A stretch of 64,000 nt of DNA. It comes from a virus (lineage: Duplodnaviria; Caudoviricetes). The stretch is from positions 128,001 to 192,000 of IMG/VR virus record IMGVR_UViG_3300014697_000001. One strand, 5' to 3'. A program made the position numbers and the translations under genes. Shown in pieces: positions 49,521 through 58,275 of this stretch. The notes under the pieces were generated by a model that was given only the letters and a program-made list of their open reading frames with translations, made no database searches and was not told where the DNA came from. How positions within the stretch are numbered: the stretch's first letter is position 1; every line of letters starts with the position of its first letter.

Positions 49521-50758
49521 TGAAAAACAGTATTCTGTCTCAGGCACTCAAGGTGTCCCTCGAAGACCTCGAAGTCACTGAAGGCACCACGGAGCTGCTG
49601 GAAGAGCACCAAGCGGCCGCAGGCGATCTGACTCCTGAAGTCTACGTCGACGAGCGCATCGAAATGGAACAGGACGTTGATGTCCTGGAAGAAGCCGCTG
49701 CCCAGATCGAGAACAACGAGACCGTTAGCCACGAGCAACTGGACCAGGTAGCACATCTGGCCAATGCTGTCATGGGTCGCTATGGCGTCAGCTTCGAAGG
49801 CACCGGCCTCGAGTCTTCGGAAGAGCCTGCTGCACGCGCCAGCCAACTGGTCGCCCAGATCCGTGATGTCAACGCATCGCTGGAATCGAGCATGAACGTG
49901 GCGATGGAATCCTTCGCCCTGCGCGACATGTGGGATAGCGTTGGCATGATCAACCGCGAAATGACCGGTCTGCGCGATGCCATCTCCGTACTGAAGAACT
50001 ACGACGGCCAGACCAAGATCCGTCTGGGCTTCATGTACCGTGCCTTCACCGTTGACGGCGAGATCGCTGAAAACCTGTCGAGCGCGGCCGGTGACACCGC
50101 CAAGATCGTCGACGATCTGGTCAAGATGGGCAGCGAAGCAATCGATGCCGCCAAGAAGGCTGCTGCTATTGCCAGTGCCGTGAACTGGAAGGACGAGGAA
50201 GCTGCTCGTGCTGGCATGAGCAAGATTGCCGCCCTGCGCAACCCCACCAAGGACATCCTGCGCACATTCCGCCAAGTGTTCACCATGTCCAACCGCAAGA
50301 TCACCAGTAATGAATTCACCATCAAGAAAGGTGAGCTGCTGAAAGAGTGGAGCAAGGGTGGCACCATCAAGGTCAGCGGCTCGCGCATGACCACCTTCGA
50401 GAAGGTCGATTTCTGGCTGCTGACGGGCGGTAAGCTCAGCGTCCTGATCAACGGTACTGCCAAGCGCAAGATCGACGTGAAGGCACTGGTACAGGGTCTG
50501 GAGAAGTTCCAGGCTGCTGCTGCCAAGACTCAGGCCATCCGGAACGCTGCGCCGAAGAAATGGCGTGAGCACGAGAAGCTCGTCAAGGACCTCAAGGCTG
50601 AAGTCACCGGTTCTTCCGAAGCCAAGGTCACTCGCCGCGCCATCAGCGAACTCGATCGTCTGGGCTGGCAGTGCCTGAACGGCGCGTTCACCATCATTGC
50701 TGGTGTGATCCGTGAGGTCAACTCCATCAACGGTAAAGTCGCCGACAAGATGCGCTAA
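49520..50758 (+). CDS. internal head (inner-body-like) protein with acidic propeptide
   Basis: VSLE, VSFE, GLE, SLE, AME motifs in the first ~130 aa; strongly biased codons. Confidence 0.65.
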   Translation: MKNSILSQALKVSLEDLEVTEGTTELLEEHQAAAGDLTPEVYVDERIEMEQDVDVLEEAAAQIENNETVSHEQLDQVAHLANAVMGRYGVSFEGTGLESSEEPAARASQLVAQIRDVNASLESSMNVAMESFALRDMWDSVGMINREMTGLRDAISVLKNYDGQTKIRLGFMYRAFTVDGEIAENLSSAAGDTAKIVDDLVKMGSEAIDAAKKAAAIASAVNWKDEEAARAGMSKIAALRNPTKDILRTFRQVFTMSNRKITSNEFTIKKGELLKEWSKGGTIKVSGSRMTTFEKVDFWLLTGGKLSVLINGTAKRKIDVKALVQGLEKFQAAAAKTQAIRNAAPKKWREHEKLVKDLKAEVTGSSEAKVTRRAISELDRLGWQCLNGAFTIIAGVIREVNSINGKVADKMR

Positions 50759-50767
50759 GTGTCCAAA

Positions 50768-50800
50768 CATACGGGGAGGGCTTCGGCCCTCCCTTTATGC
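50768..50800 (+). terminator. hairpin terminator, CATA...TTATGC family
   Basis: GGGAGGGC-TTCG-GCCCTCCC-TTTATGC. Confidence 0.75.
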
Positions 50801-50815
50801 CGCCTGTCTGGTTTA

Positions 50816-50855
50816 TTCGATTCCAATTTTTTTCAACGATACATGATAGCAGTGA
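50816..50855 (+). promoter_or_regulatory. candidate early (virion RNAP) promoter, copy 1
   Basis: TTCGATTCCAATTTTTTTCAACGATACATGATAGCAGTGA, 35/40 identical to 53995-54034. Confidence 0.6.
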
Positions 50856-50900
50856 CAAGAGGAACTAATCCTCACTTACCAGTCCTTAGGAGGACACATA

Positions 50901-51182
50901 ATGCAACATGACATTGTTGAACTTCTGGATGCCATCAAATACGCCAAAGAGAACTTTGGTGACGATGAGTCTTCCAACCTGTTCTTCACCCGTAAGGAGA
51001 AAACCGACGCGTTCGGTTTTCCTTACCGCGAAGATAAGGTTAAGTTCGAGTGCGTCCTTATTCTCGCTACGGTCACTGGGACCAAGATCGAGATCAAGGT
51101 TATCGGGCTGGGTGACGACGTCCAGTTCCAGCGGGAATTCATCGCTGAGACTATCGCCACCCATCGGAAAGAGAGTGTCTAG
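50901..51182 (+). CDS. hypothetical protein (early island)
   Basis: 93 aa, AGGAGG RBS. Confidence 0.7.
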   Translation: MQHDIVELLDAIKYAKENFGDDESSNLFFTRKEKTDAFGFPYREDKVKFECVLILATVTGTKIEIKVIGLGDDVQFQREFIAETIATHRKESV

Positions 51183-51236
51183 CACACTCTCTCCAACCCC
51201 TTTACAAGTCACCGTTTCTAATTGAAGGACCCTATC

Positions 51237-51371
51237 ATGAAAGAATTTATGCTGATCGTCGTAGGCTTCACTGCAGGCTATTTGGCCAAAGCCAAGTTCG
51301 AGGAAACCAAGCGTCTCAAAGAAGAGAACGCCATCCTCAAAGCCCGTAACGAATCGAAGGAGAACAAATAA
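51237..51371 (+). CDS. 44-aa membrane-anchored protein (below ORF-track cutoff)
   Basis: AAGGA RBS; MKEFMLIVVGFTAGYLAKAKFEETKRLKEENAILKARNESKENK. Confidence 0.6.
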   Translation: MKEFMLIVVGFTAGYLAKAKFEETKRLKEENAILKARNESKENK

Positions 51372-51505
51372 TGGAAGGCTTCAATCCCCTGATCGATGCA
51401 GCAGTAGTGGGCGGCTTCATGGTTGTCCTGCTGGTGATGTCCTACGTTGGTCACCGTTATGACCAACACAAGAAAAGTAAACTGCGCGGCGCAACCCGCG
51501 TATAA
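51371..51505 (+). CDS. 44-aa single-pass membrane protein (below ORF-track cutoff)
   Basis: TAATG coupling, AAGGAG RBS; MEGFNPLIDAAVVGGFMVVLLVMSYVGHRYDQHKKSKLRGATRV. Confidence 0.6.
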   Translation: MEGFNPLIDAAVVGGFMVVLLVMSYVGHRYDQHKKSKLRGATRV

Positions 51506-51544
51506 CCCGCTCCATCCAAACCAAAACCTGTAAGGAGTTACACC

Positions 51545-51796
51545 ATGGCAATTGCAGAAACCATCAAAGCTCTCGGCACCGTCGTTGTTGAAGCTGTCAA
51601 AGAACATCCGGCGGTTGTCTGCGGCGTCGCCGCAGTTGCAGTAGTCGGCACCGGTGGGACCATCTGGTACCGTAAGCGCAAGCAGACCAAGGCGATGGGT
51701 CAGATCATCATCACCCCGGAAGTCGCTGCCGTGGCTGCTGCCGCCGTAGCAAACGCCGCTGCAACCGCTGAGTCCGTCACGGCTGAGGCCAAGTAA
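51545..51796 (+). CDS. single-pass membrane protein
   Basis: AAGGAG RBS; TM AVVCGVAAVAVVGTGGTIWY followed by RKRK. Confidence 0.7.
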   Translation: MAIAETIKALGTVVVEAVKEHPAVVCGVAAVAVVGTGGTIWYRKRKQTKAMGQIIITPEVAAVAAAAVANAAATAESVTAEAK

Positions 51797-51806
51797 GCCC
51801 CTCTGG

Positions 51807-51835
51807 AAAAAGGACCTTCGGGTCCTTTTTTCTTT
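51807..51835 (+). terminator. intrinsic terminator
   Basis: AAAAAGGACC-TTCG-GGTCCTTTTTT. Confidence 0.8.
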
Positions 51836-51980
51836 GTCGTTTAAGATTCCATTGAACCTAAATATGGAAACACATTATCCACCTGCATCTAACGCTGTTC
51901 TGTAATAATTTACTGCAGCGGCTACGATTATGCAACAGCACGTGTTGACAACGAACATCTTTACATCCTAGGAGAAACAA

Positions 51981-52448
51981 ATGAGCGACGCACTGAACAA
52001 AATCAACCAGCGCATCAAAGATCTGGCTACCAAGGTTGAAGAGTCCATCTCTTTCGACGACGACGGTGCAGCGACCCTGCCGGAAACCTTCCTCGCCGAC
52101 AACCTGATCGAAAGCCTCGACCTCGACACCGTCAAGCGTGTCCATGATGAAGAAGCCAACGTCGCTGCCGGTCTGGCCCTGGGTCTGGCCAACGCCACCC
52201 TGCCGCTGATGCAGAAGAAGAAGGACCTCGAGCGCACCAGCGCCCACCTGGGCTTCGGCCACAACACCATCAAGGCGTCCATCGACCGCAAGATCATGAC
52301 CCGCGCACCTGGCTCGACTGAAGAGAAGGAAAAGTGGGGCAACGTCGCAGTCAAGCTGGAATCCGGTGCCACCGCCAAGCGCGGCGACCTGAAGCGCGTC
52401 AACCTGGGCATCGCTGAAAACTACGCCAAAACCTTCGGCGGCAAGTAA
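51981..52448 (+). CDS. hypothetical protein, probably highly expressed
   Basis: AGGAG RBS, strong codon bias, own leader and terminator. Confidence 0.75.
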   Translation: MSDALNKINQRIKDLATKVEESISFDDDGAATLPETFLADNLIESLDLDTVKRVHDEEANVAAGLALGLANATLPLMQKKKDLERTSAHLGFGHNTIKASIDRKIMTRAPGSTEEKEKWGNVAVKLESGATAKRGDLKRVNLGIAENYAKTFGGK

Positions 52449-52458
52449 GCCCATCTGG

Positions 52459-52490
52459 ATCAGACCTGGTACTTCGGTACCAGGTCTGAT
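52459..52490 (+). terminator. 14-bp stem terminator
   Basis: ATCAGACCTGGTAC-TTCG-GTACCAGGTCTGAT then a pyrimidine tract. Confidence 0.7.
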
Positions 52491-52541
52491 TATGTTCCTT
52501 CTTTCTTTCGTTCCATTCCTCCACCTAAGGATCTGATTCAC

Positions 52542-53123
52542 ATGAACACCCTGCCACTTGAAGAACTCGTTTCCAAACTCGCCTCCCTGCAGAAGGACCT
52601 GACTGCAGGTGGTTATGTCAAGCGCCTCATGATGACCGACGACATCAAGGATTACCGTAAGCTGCGTGAGCGTGCCACTGCCGAAAAGAATTTCTTCTTC
52701 TACGGCGCGGCGCTTCCCGATCGGCTGCAGGATATGCTCGATGGCCTGGTACGTGAGCATAAGGCGGCATTGCTGGAATTGCTCACCCAGGATAATCTGA
52801 CTGAGCACCAACTGGCGGTGGAATTCCATCAGGATCAGGATGCGTACCTGTTTACCCTGCTCGGCAATGGCATGGGCTTCTACGTGAGCGCCCGTACGAC
52901 GAAAGCTCGCGTTAAGCGCCCAACCCCCAAGGTTGAGGCCAAAGTCGTCGCTGAGGCCCCTGCCAAGCCGGCCGTGACCATGGCGGACCTGGTGAAGTCG
53001 CTGCCGCCTAAGGTTGAGAAACCCAAGGCTACCGTGACGCCGATCAAGGCCAGTAAGCCGCACAAGAAGCAGCCTCCTGTCAAACGTCGCCAGTTCACCG
53101 AAATTCGCGTCATCAAGAGCTGA
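52542..53123 (+). CDS. hypothetical protein with Lys/Pro-rich tail
   Basis: 193 aa, AAGGA RBS. Confidence 0.7.
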   Translation: MNTLPLEELVSKLASLQKDLTAGGYVKRLMMTDDIKDYRKLRERATAEKNFFFYGAALPDRLQDMLDGLVREHKAALLELLTQDNLTEHQLAVEFHQDQDAYLFTLLGNGMGFYVSARTTKARVKRPTPKVEAKVVAEAPAKPAVTMADLVKSLPPKVEKPKATVTPIKASKPHKKQPPVKRRQFTEIRVIKS

Positions 53124-53137
53124 TCAAGGGGTAGGCT

Positions 53138-53620
53138 ATGACCGGTCTACGGATGATGGAGGCAGCGCTCCTAGGAGCAATAGCGGTCATCCATTCAAAA
53201 GTCGATCAGGCAGCCCGTGAGAACGATATCTGGATTTACCGTGACCTCTGTCCTGTTGTCGATGAGTTCGGTATGACGACAGGATACGAGGATCATGGAG
53301 ATGAGGTCTGGATTACATTTTCGCTGAGTCCTGAGTTTGGCTTTACGCATCGTCTACGGATTGGGTTTCACGAATGGGAGACAGAGTACGACCATTTCTT
53401 GATTGACTTAAACCTTGAGGTCCCCCTGATCCTTATTCGGTCTGACTCTGAGATCGATCTGATCCATGACATCGGCACGGTGATTCATGCCATGGCCATG
53501 GTGGACCAAGAAGGCAACCAGGAAATGGAGAAACGCCGCCAAGCAGAAGCAGAAGCAGCTGAACGGGCCACCAGGCGCGCACGGTTTAAGGTGGTCGGGG
53601 GATCGGATGATCGTACCTGA
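53138..53620 (+). CDS. hypothetical protein
   Basis: 160 aa, co-oriented. Confidence 0.65.
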   Translation: MTGLRMMEAALLGAIAVIHSKVDQAARENDIWIYRDLCPVVDEFGMTTGYEDHGDEVWITFSLSPEFGFTHRLRIGFHEWETEYDHFLIDLNLEVPLILIRSDSEIDLIHDIGTVIHAMAMVDQEGNQEMEKRRQAEAEAAERATRRARFKVVGGSDDRT

Positions 53621-53957
53621 CTTCGATCATGCCCTAGAAGCCGCTGTAAGCGCCATAGAGCACGATCTAGCATTAATCCCTACGATGCATGGTCAGTTGT
53701 TGGATCTACGCGCTATGGGCCATATAGAGAGCGTGGAGGCCTTAAGACAACTGATTCGGTCGGGTGGGTTTGGCATATTGCTTAACCGTGGTCGAGACGA
53801 TTCCAAAAGGGTGTTTTATAGCACCGTCTTTGGCAGGGTGGTGAGACGTGCACCTGTAACCGGACATCGGATGATCGAGTCGATAAAGGGCTGGCTGGTA
53901 TTGGACTGTCCTGTCGAGTTGTACTTTGATGCACTGACCTGGTTGCCGTCAGAATAA
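53607..53957 (+). CDS. hypothetical protein
   Basis: Start placed at ATG 53607 (GGGGG RBS); ends at a terminator. Confidence 0.55.
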   Translation: MIVPDFDHALEAAVSAIEHDLALIPTMHGQLLDLRAMGHIESVEALRQLIRSGGFGILLNRGRDDSKRVFYSTVFGRVVRRAPVTGHRMIESIKGWLVLDCPVELYFDALTWLPSE

Positions 53958-53979
53958 GAGAGGGGCTTCGGCCCCTCTC
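53958..53979 (+). terminator. intrinsic terminator
   Basis: GAGAGGGGC-TTCG-GCCCCTCTC followed by a T-rich tract. Confidence 0.75.
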
Positions 53980-53994
53980 CCTATTTCTTTTTGT

Positions 53995-54034
53995 TTCGAT
54001 TCCAATTTATTACAAGCATACATGATAGCGGTGA
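53995..54034 (+). promoter_or_regulatory. candidate early promoter, copy 2
   Basis: TTCGATTCCAATTTATTACAAGCATACATGATAGCGGTGA; see 50816-50855. Confidence 0.6.
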
Positions 54035-54064
54035 ACATACCCAACCTGCTACAGGAGCATCATC

Positions 54065-55105
54065 ATGTCTGCATCTCAAATCAAAGTTCGCTGTGAAAAC
54101 CATATTGCCATGCCTCGCACTGGCAAGGTTGTTGACTTCTACAACGCGCTTCAGGTCGCCGAAGGCATTTACTTTAAGCACGGGAGAATGGAGCGCCTCA
54201 ATGACAAAGAGATCTTTACCGTACTGCGGGTGAAACAGTCCAAATGTATCGCACGGGTCACTGCTGATAACGTGACCCCCGTGACATCGCGAGATGGGCG
54301 TTTGTTTTTCCTGAATGACTGGCCAGAAGAGGGCTTCATGTCAGTCGCGACTATCGAGCATAAGTTCTTTTTCGAACGTGTGATCCCTGATCCGTTAACA
54401 CCCCCTCAGTCCAACACCACCCAGATCGAAGATGCTCTGGATGAATTGGATGTTCCAGAACCCAACTACGATTACACTGTGGAGGTCAGTGGCGAGTTGA
54501 ACGAGCGTTACCAGATCCAGTTCCAGAATGAGCAGCAGGCCCAGATGCTCCGCTATCAAGAGACTGCCCCGTGGTACAAGGCAATCATGCAGATCATCGA
54601 TCGGATGGTACTGGGAAGCGAAAGCCGCCGGGTTAAGGTGACCTTGCATCCCAACATTCCGGGGTGCACAGACTATCACTACAATACCATCATCACCGTC
54701 GATGGTCAGCGGATCGGAACCATGCTGGTCAACGGTAAGATCGTTTCTGCCCCACACCTCGACAACAGCTCTGACCGCTTTGGTCTGAGCTTTTACGTGG
54801 AGTTGATCGGTGCAGGTCCTGAGGTGGTACGGGAGGCTTCACCAAAGGCGCCTGTGCGCGATTGGATTCCCCAGATGAACCAGTTCGTGAGGGTCGAAGG
54901 TGAAGACGAACTCTACGTCATCGCCGATTACGACCTGTATAAGAACATGTTCATCCTGACCATTGCTGACTCTGCACGGCGTGAACGTGAGGCCAGGCTC
55001 GGCGGCATGAGTGATCGTGACTACCGAATGGCACGTGCCAGCATGGAAGATCCACACATCCGCGTTGAACCGGGTCGTCTGCGTCCATTTACCCTGCGTT
55101 ACTGA
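54065..55105 (+). CDS. hypothetical protein
   Basis: 346 aa, AGGAG RBS. Confidence 0.7.
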   Translation: MSASQIKVRCENHIAMPRTGKVVDFYNALQVAEGIYFKHGRMERLNDKEIFTVLRVKQSKCIARVTADNVTPVTSRDGRLFFLNDWPEEGFMSVATIEHKFFFERVIPDPLTPPQSNTTQIEDALDELDVPEPNYDYTVEVSGELNERYQIQFQNEQQAQMLRYQETAPWYKAIMQIIDRMVLGSESRRVKVTLHPNIPGCTDYHYNTIITVDGQRIGTMLVNGKIVSAPHLDNSSDRFGLSFYVELIGAGPEVVREASPKAPVRDWIPQMNQFVRVEGEDELYVIADYDLYKNMFILTIADSARREREARLGGMSDRDYRMARASMEDPHIRVEPGRLRPFTLRY

Positions 55106-55110
55106 CAGGC

Positions 55111-55145
55111 GGCATAGAGAGGGAGCTTGCGCTCCCTCTCTTAGC
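55111..55145. terminator. bidirectional terminator
   Basis: GGCATA-GAGAGGGAGC-TTGC-GCTCCCTCTC between convergent genes. Confidence 0.7.
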
Positions 55146-55164
55146 TGTTTCTTTTTTCTTTGCT

Positions 55165-56031
55165 TTACAGCTTGATGTAGGTACGGTTGAATTCCGCAAC
55201 CTGCTCGCTGAAGCCGACATTGTGCTTGGCGACATCCGCTTCCACACCGGACATGAAGGCCGGTTTCAGGTTCGGACTGGTGCCAGTCTTCGGCATTGCA
55301 TCGAGCAACTGCTGAGCAAACCGATCAACAGCGATACCGACCTGCTGCATGCCCGTGAAGGGAACAGTCAGGACCAGTTCTTCGCCGTCGGCGGTCTTGT
55401 CCCGACGACCAGTGAAATCACCGGCGGTAGTCGGGTACATGTTGGTCATCAGCCATGCCGAGTTGACCTTGGTGAAGGTCGGATCGGGTTCGAACGCGAT
55501 GATCGACATGGAGTAGATGTCCGGCAGCAGGTCGGTCGGCGCATTGACGCGCGTGGCGATACCTGGAACCTTCGAATCCGGGTCCATGATCAGCTCGGTA
55601 ATCCACGACTCCAGGAAACGCTGGACGGGACGGCCGTACTTTTCACGGATGGACATCGACGGGTCGGACTTCTGACGCAGCACGTTGCTCGGCGTCTGTT
55701 GCATTTCACCAGCACCCGAGACCGGAGCCTCGACGCTGTTGACAGTCAGGGTACGGTTGAAGCCGTCCCAGGTCTGTGCATGCATTTCCACGATGCCTTT
55801 CAGCGCCCGGTAGTAGCTGTCCGGGTTATCGAGGTACTGGAAGCCGCGCGGGGCCTGCAGGACTTTGATCACCAGGTTACGACGGACGTAATCGGTGTTG
55901 GCGTGGAAGTAACGCAGGTCAGACTGGTAGGCGTTCTGCCCACCAATTGCCAGGTTTACCATCGGCGAGTTGTTGAACTCGCCGTAACCCAGGCCATTGC
56001 CCAGGAGAGTGTCACGATGCCGGACGCCCAT
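55165..56031 (-). CDS. tail tube protein (phiKZ gp30-like)
   Basis: 288 aa, coupled to the sheath gene; YVRRNL..VLQAPRGF, EKYGRP, MDPDSKVP, FEPDPT, TNMYP motifs. Confidence 0.78.
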   Translation of the reverse strand: MGVRHRDTLLGNGLGYGEFNNSPMVNLAIGGQNAYQSDLRYFHANTDYVRRNLVIKVLQAPRGFQYLDNPDSYYRALKGIVEMHAQTWDGFNRTLTVNSVEAPVSGAGEMQQTPSNVLRQKSDPSMSIREKYGRPVQRFLESWITELIMDPDSKVPGIATRVNAPTDLLPDIYSMSIIAFEPDPTFTKVNSAWLMTNMYPTTAGDFTGRRDKTADGEELVLTVPFTGMQQVGIAVDRFAQQLLDAMPKTGTSPNLKPAFMSGVEADVAKHNVGFSEQVAEFNRTYIKL

Positions 56032-58085
56032 TATTCAGTCTCCTGTCCAGTACGACGACCGGCCACGATGGTCAGTGCTTGCACCGTCTTCATGCCGTCG
56101 AACAGGCCTTCGATATCCGTGTGCCAGCTGTACCCACGCTGAGTGTCAGCCGGGGTGTAGTAGGACGACGGGGTGATGTTGGCGCGACCGTCGTAACGGT
56201 CCTTGATCTGCTCTTCGATGAAACGGTCGACGTTAGTCGTGTATTCATCAGCGGTCATGCGGCTGTCGCCGGTGAACATGCGCCAGGCGAGTTCGCCGAT
56301 GCGGTTCAGGTGGGAGCAGATGGCCATTGGGAAGAACGAGTTCAGCACCGAGGTGTTGTCGTGATAAACCGTCTGGATACCAGGGAAGAATACCTGGTTG
56401 CGGTGATCGAACGGCTCGGCCGAGCTGATGCCATTCTGCCAGTCAGTGTTACGTGGTTTGACCGGACGGAACTTGGCATTGTGATCGACGAAACGAGTCA
56501 CGACACGATAGATGCCGTTATCCGGCGCATAACCGGACAGCATGCGAGCACCACCCATGTAGGTAGCAACCTTGGTCGCGAAGTCCACGGTGAACGGCAG
56601 GATACCGTCGTACATGGAATCGAGGTAGGTCCCGGCGTGCTTCATCACCACAGCACGGCATGCGCCAGTGTTGTAGAACTCAGACTCAGGAACCAGCGAC
56701 AACGCGTTACGCAGAGCAGCACCGATGCTGGAATCTTCTTCCGGCGTGTTCAGGGGCTCGAGCACGTCCTGCGTAGCAGCCAATACCCAGGCGTCCGGAC
56801 GAACAGCCATGATGTTGGCCATCAGCAGCTTGGTTTCCAGGGTGAAGCCGGTGTCAATGAAAGCCGACATCGGGAAGCTGGCGCGGTCGGAGTAGGCGAT
56901 CTCGCCCTGACCGAATACGTTCAGTTCTTCACGCACAGCGGCGTCATACTCGACAGGACTTACCGCACCGTCGGTACCGCCTTGCAGCCAGTGGGTGGCC
57001 GCTTCGCCGAACAGGGCACCGCCCTCACTTGGACCTTCGATCTTGATGCTGTAGTACGGCACGCCATTGACGTCGACGCCGCCAAACAGGTTGATCGAAT
57101 GCTCTGGGGTCACTTCGCTGCCGATCAGACCGTAGTCCTGCTCGGTGGACAGAAGCTTCTCCAGGACCAATTGCAGGTTGTCCTTGTAGACATGGAAGCT
57201 CTTCAGCGGGCCATAGCCGGTGAACACTTCCGGATCATTGTCCTCGAACGCCTTGAGGATACGCTTGTCGTGCGCGTAGTTGATCTTGGTCTTCGGATCG
57301 ACCACACCCTGCTTCAGGCTGAACTCGACGAACGGCTCACCGTTCATGTTCATCAGCGGCGAACCAGTGCTGTTGCTGTTGGCACGCTCGAGGATCGACA
57401 GGCGATACAGGTAAGCGCCCTGCTCTTCGATCAGTTCGGCGTTGGCCGGAGTCGAGGAGTTGGTGGTCGGTGCAACCAGACGGATGCCGAAGTTGGAGCC
57501 CTTGGCACCGAAGAAACGCGCTTCGATGTCAAACAGCGGGTACATGGTCGACGGCGCGCCGCTACCATCGACCATAGTGCCGGTGGTCGGTGTGCCTTGA
57601 CGAAGAGCGGTTTCACCCGGCTCGTCGATGTGGAAACGGACGCGATGACCGTCGACGGTTTCACCGGTTTCAACCAGTTCACCATTGGTACGCTTGAAGG
57701 TACCGTCGGCATTACGCTCGTACTGTGCAACTTGATCAGCGATCACGTCAGCCCAGACACGTAGGGTGGCTACTTTTGCGCCAGCCGGTTTCATCCGACG
57801 GACAAGTGCCATGGCACCAGTTTGCAGAACTTTCTGCAACATAGCGGCCTGGTGGCTCAGGAATGCAGAGCCGGCGTAGAAGTTATCTGCGCCATAAATG
57901 GAATTGAAACCATCGCCACTAACCAGACTGGCAGTGTCGGACGGACCCCAAGAGGTGAACAGCGGGCAGAACGGCAGGAAGATCGGCAGGTTGACGATCT
58001 CCAGCGGTTGGCCTTGGCCACTCACATCCTTGAAGCCAAGAACTTCAGTTCTCGGCAAAGATGAAGCCATCGAAACAGACGACAT
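56031..58085 (-). CDS. contractile tail sheath protein (phiKZ gp29-like)
   Basis: ~685 aa; LQGGTDG, DTGFTLETK, PESEFYNTG, FFPGIQTVY..TSVLNS, DTQRGYSW; GGAG RBS before 58085. Confidence 0.82.
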   Translation of the reverse strand: MSSVSMASSLPRTEVLGFKDVSGQGQPLEIVNLPIFLPFCPLFTSWGPSDTASLVSGDGFNSIYGADNFYAGSAFLSHQAAMLQKVLQTGAMALVRRMKPAGAKVATLRVWADVIADQVAQYERNADGTFKRTNGELVETGETVDGHRVRFHIDEPGETALRQGTPTTGTMVDGSGAPSTMYPLFDIEARFFGAKGSNFGIRLVAPTTNSSTPANAELIEEQGAYLYRLSILERANSNSTGSPLMNMNGEPFVEFSLKQGVVDPKTKINYAHDKRILKAFEDNDPEVFTGYGPLKSFHVYKDNLQLVLEKLLSTEQDYGLIGSEVTPEHSINLFGGVDVNGVPYYSIKIEGPSEGGALFGEAATHWLQGGTDGAVSPVEYDAAVREELNVFGQGEIAYSDRASFPMSAFIDTGFTLETKLLMANIMAVRPDAWVLAATQDVLEPLNTPEEDSSIGAALRNALSLVPESEFYNTGACRAVVMKHAGTYLDSMYDGILPFTVDFATKVATYMGGARMLSGYAPDNGIYRVVTRFVDHNAKFRPVKPRNTDWQNGISSAEPFDHRNQVFFPGIQTVYHDNTSVLNSFFPMAICSHLNRIGELAWRMFTGDSRMTADEYTTNVDRFIEEQIKDRYDGRANITPSSYYTPADTQRGYSWHTDIEGLFDGMKTVQALTIVAGRRTGQETE

Positions 58086-58275
58086 GTACATGTCTCCCAT
58101 GGGAATAAATGAATCAACTTCCGCGCGAAGTTTACTTTGGCAGAGAGATGGTATGACCACGCCGTTATATAGAGTGGCGTATACGGCAATCAAGGTGACC
58201 GATACCATCACCGCATACTATTCGATTCCGATATTCCCTGACTTTGTTTAATTTTACATCCACACGAGGTTTATC

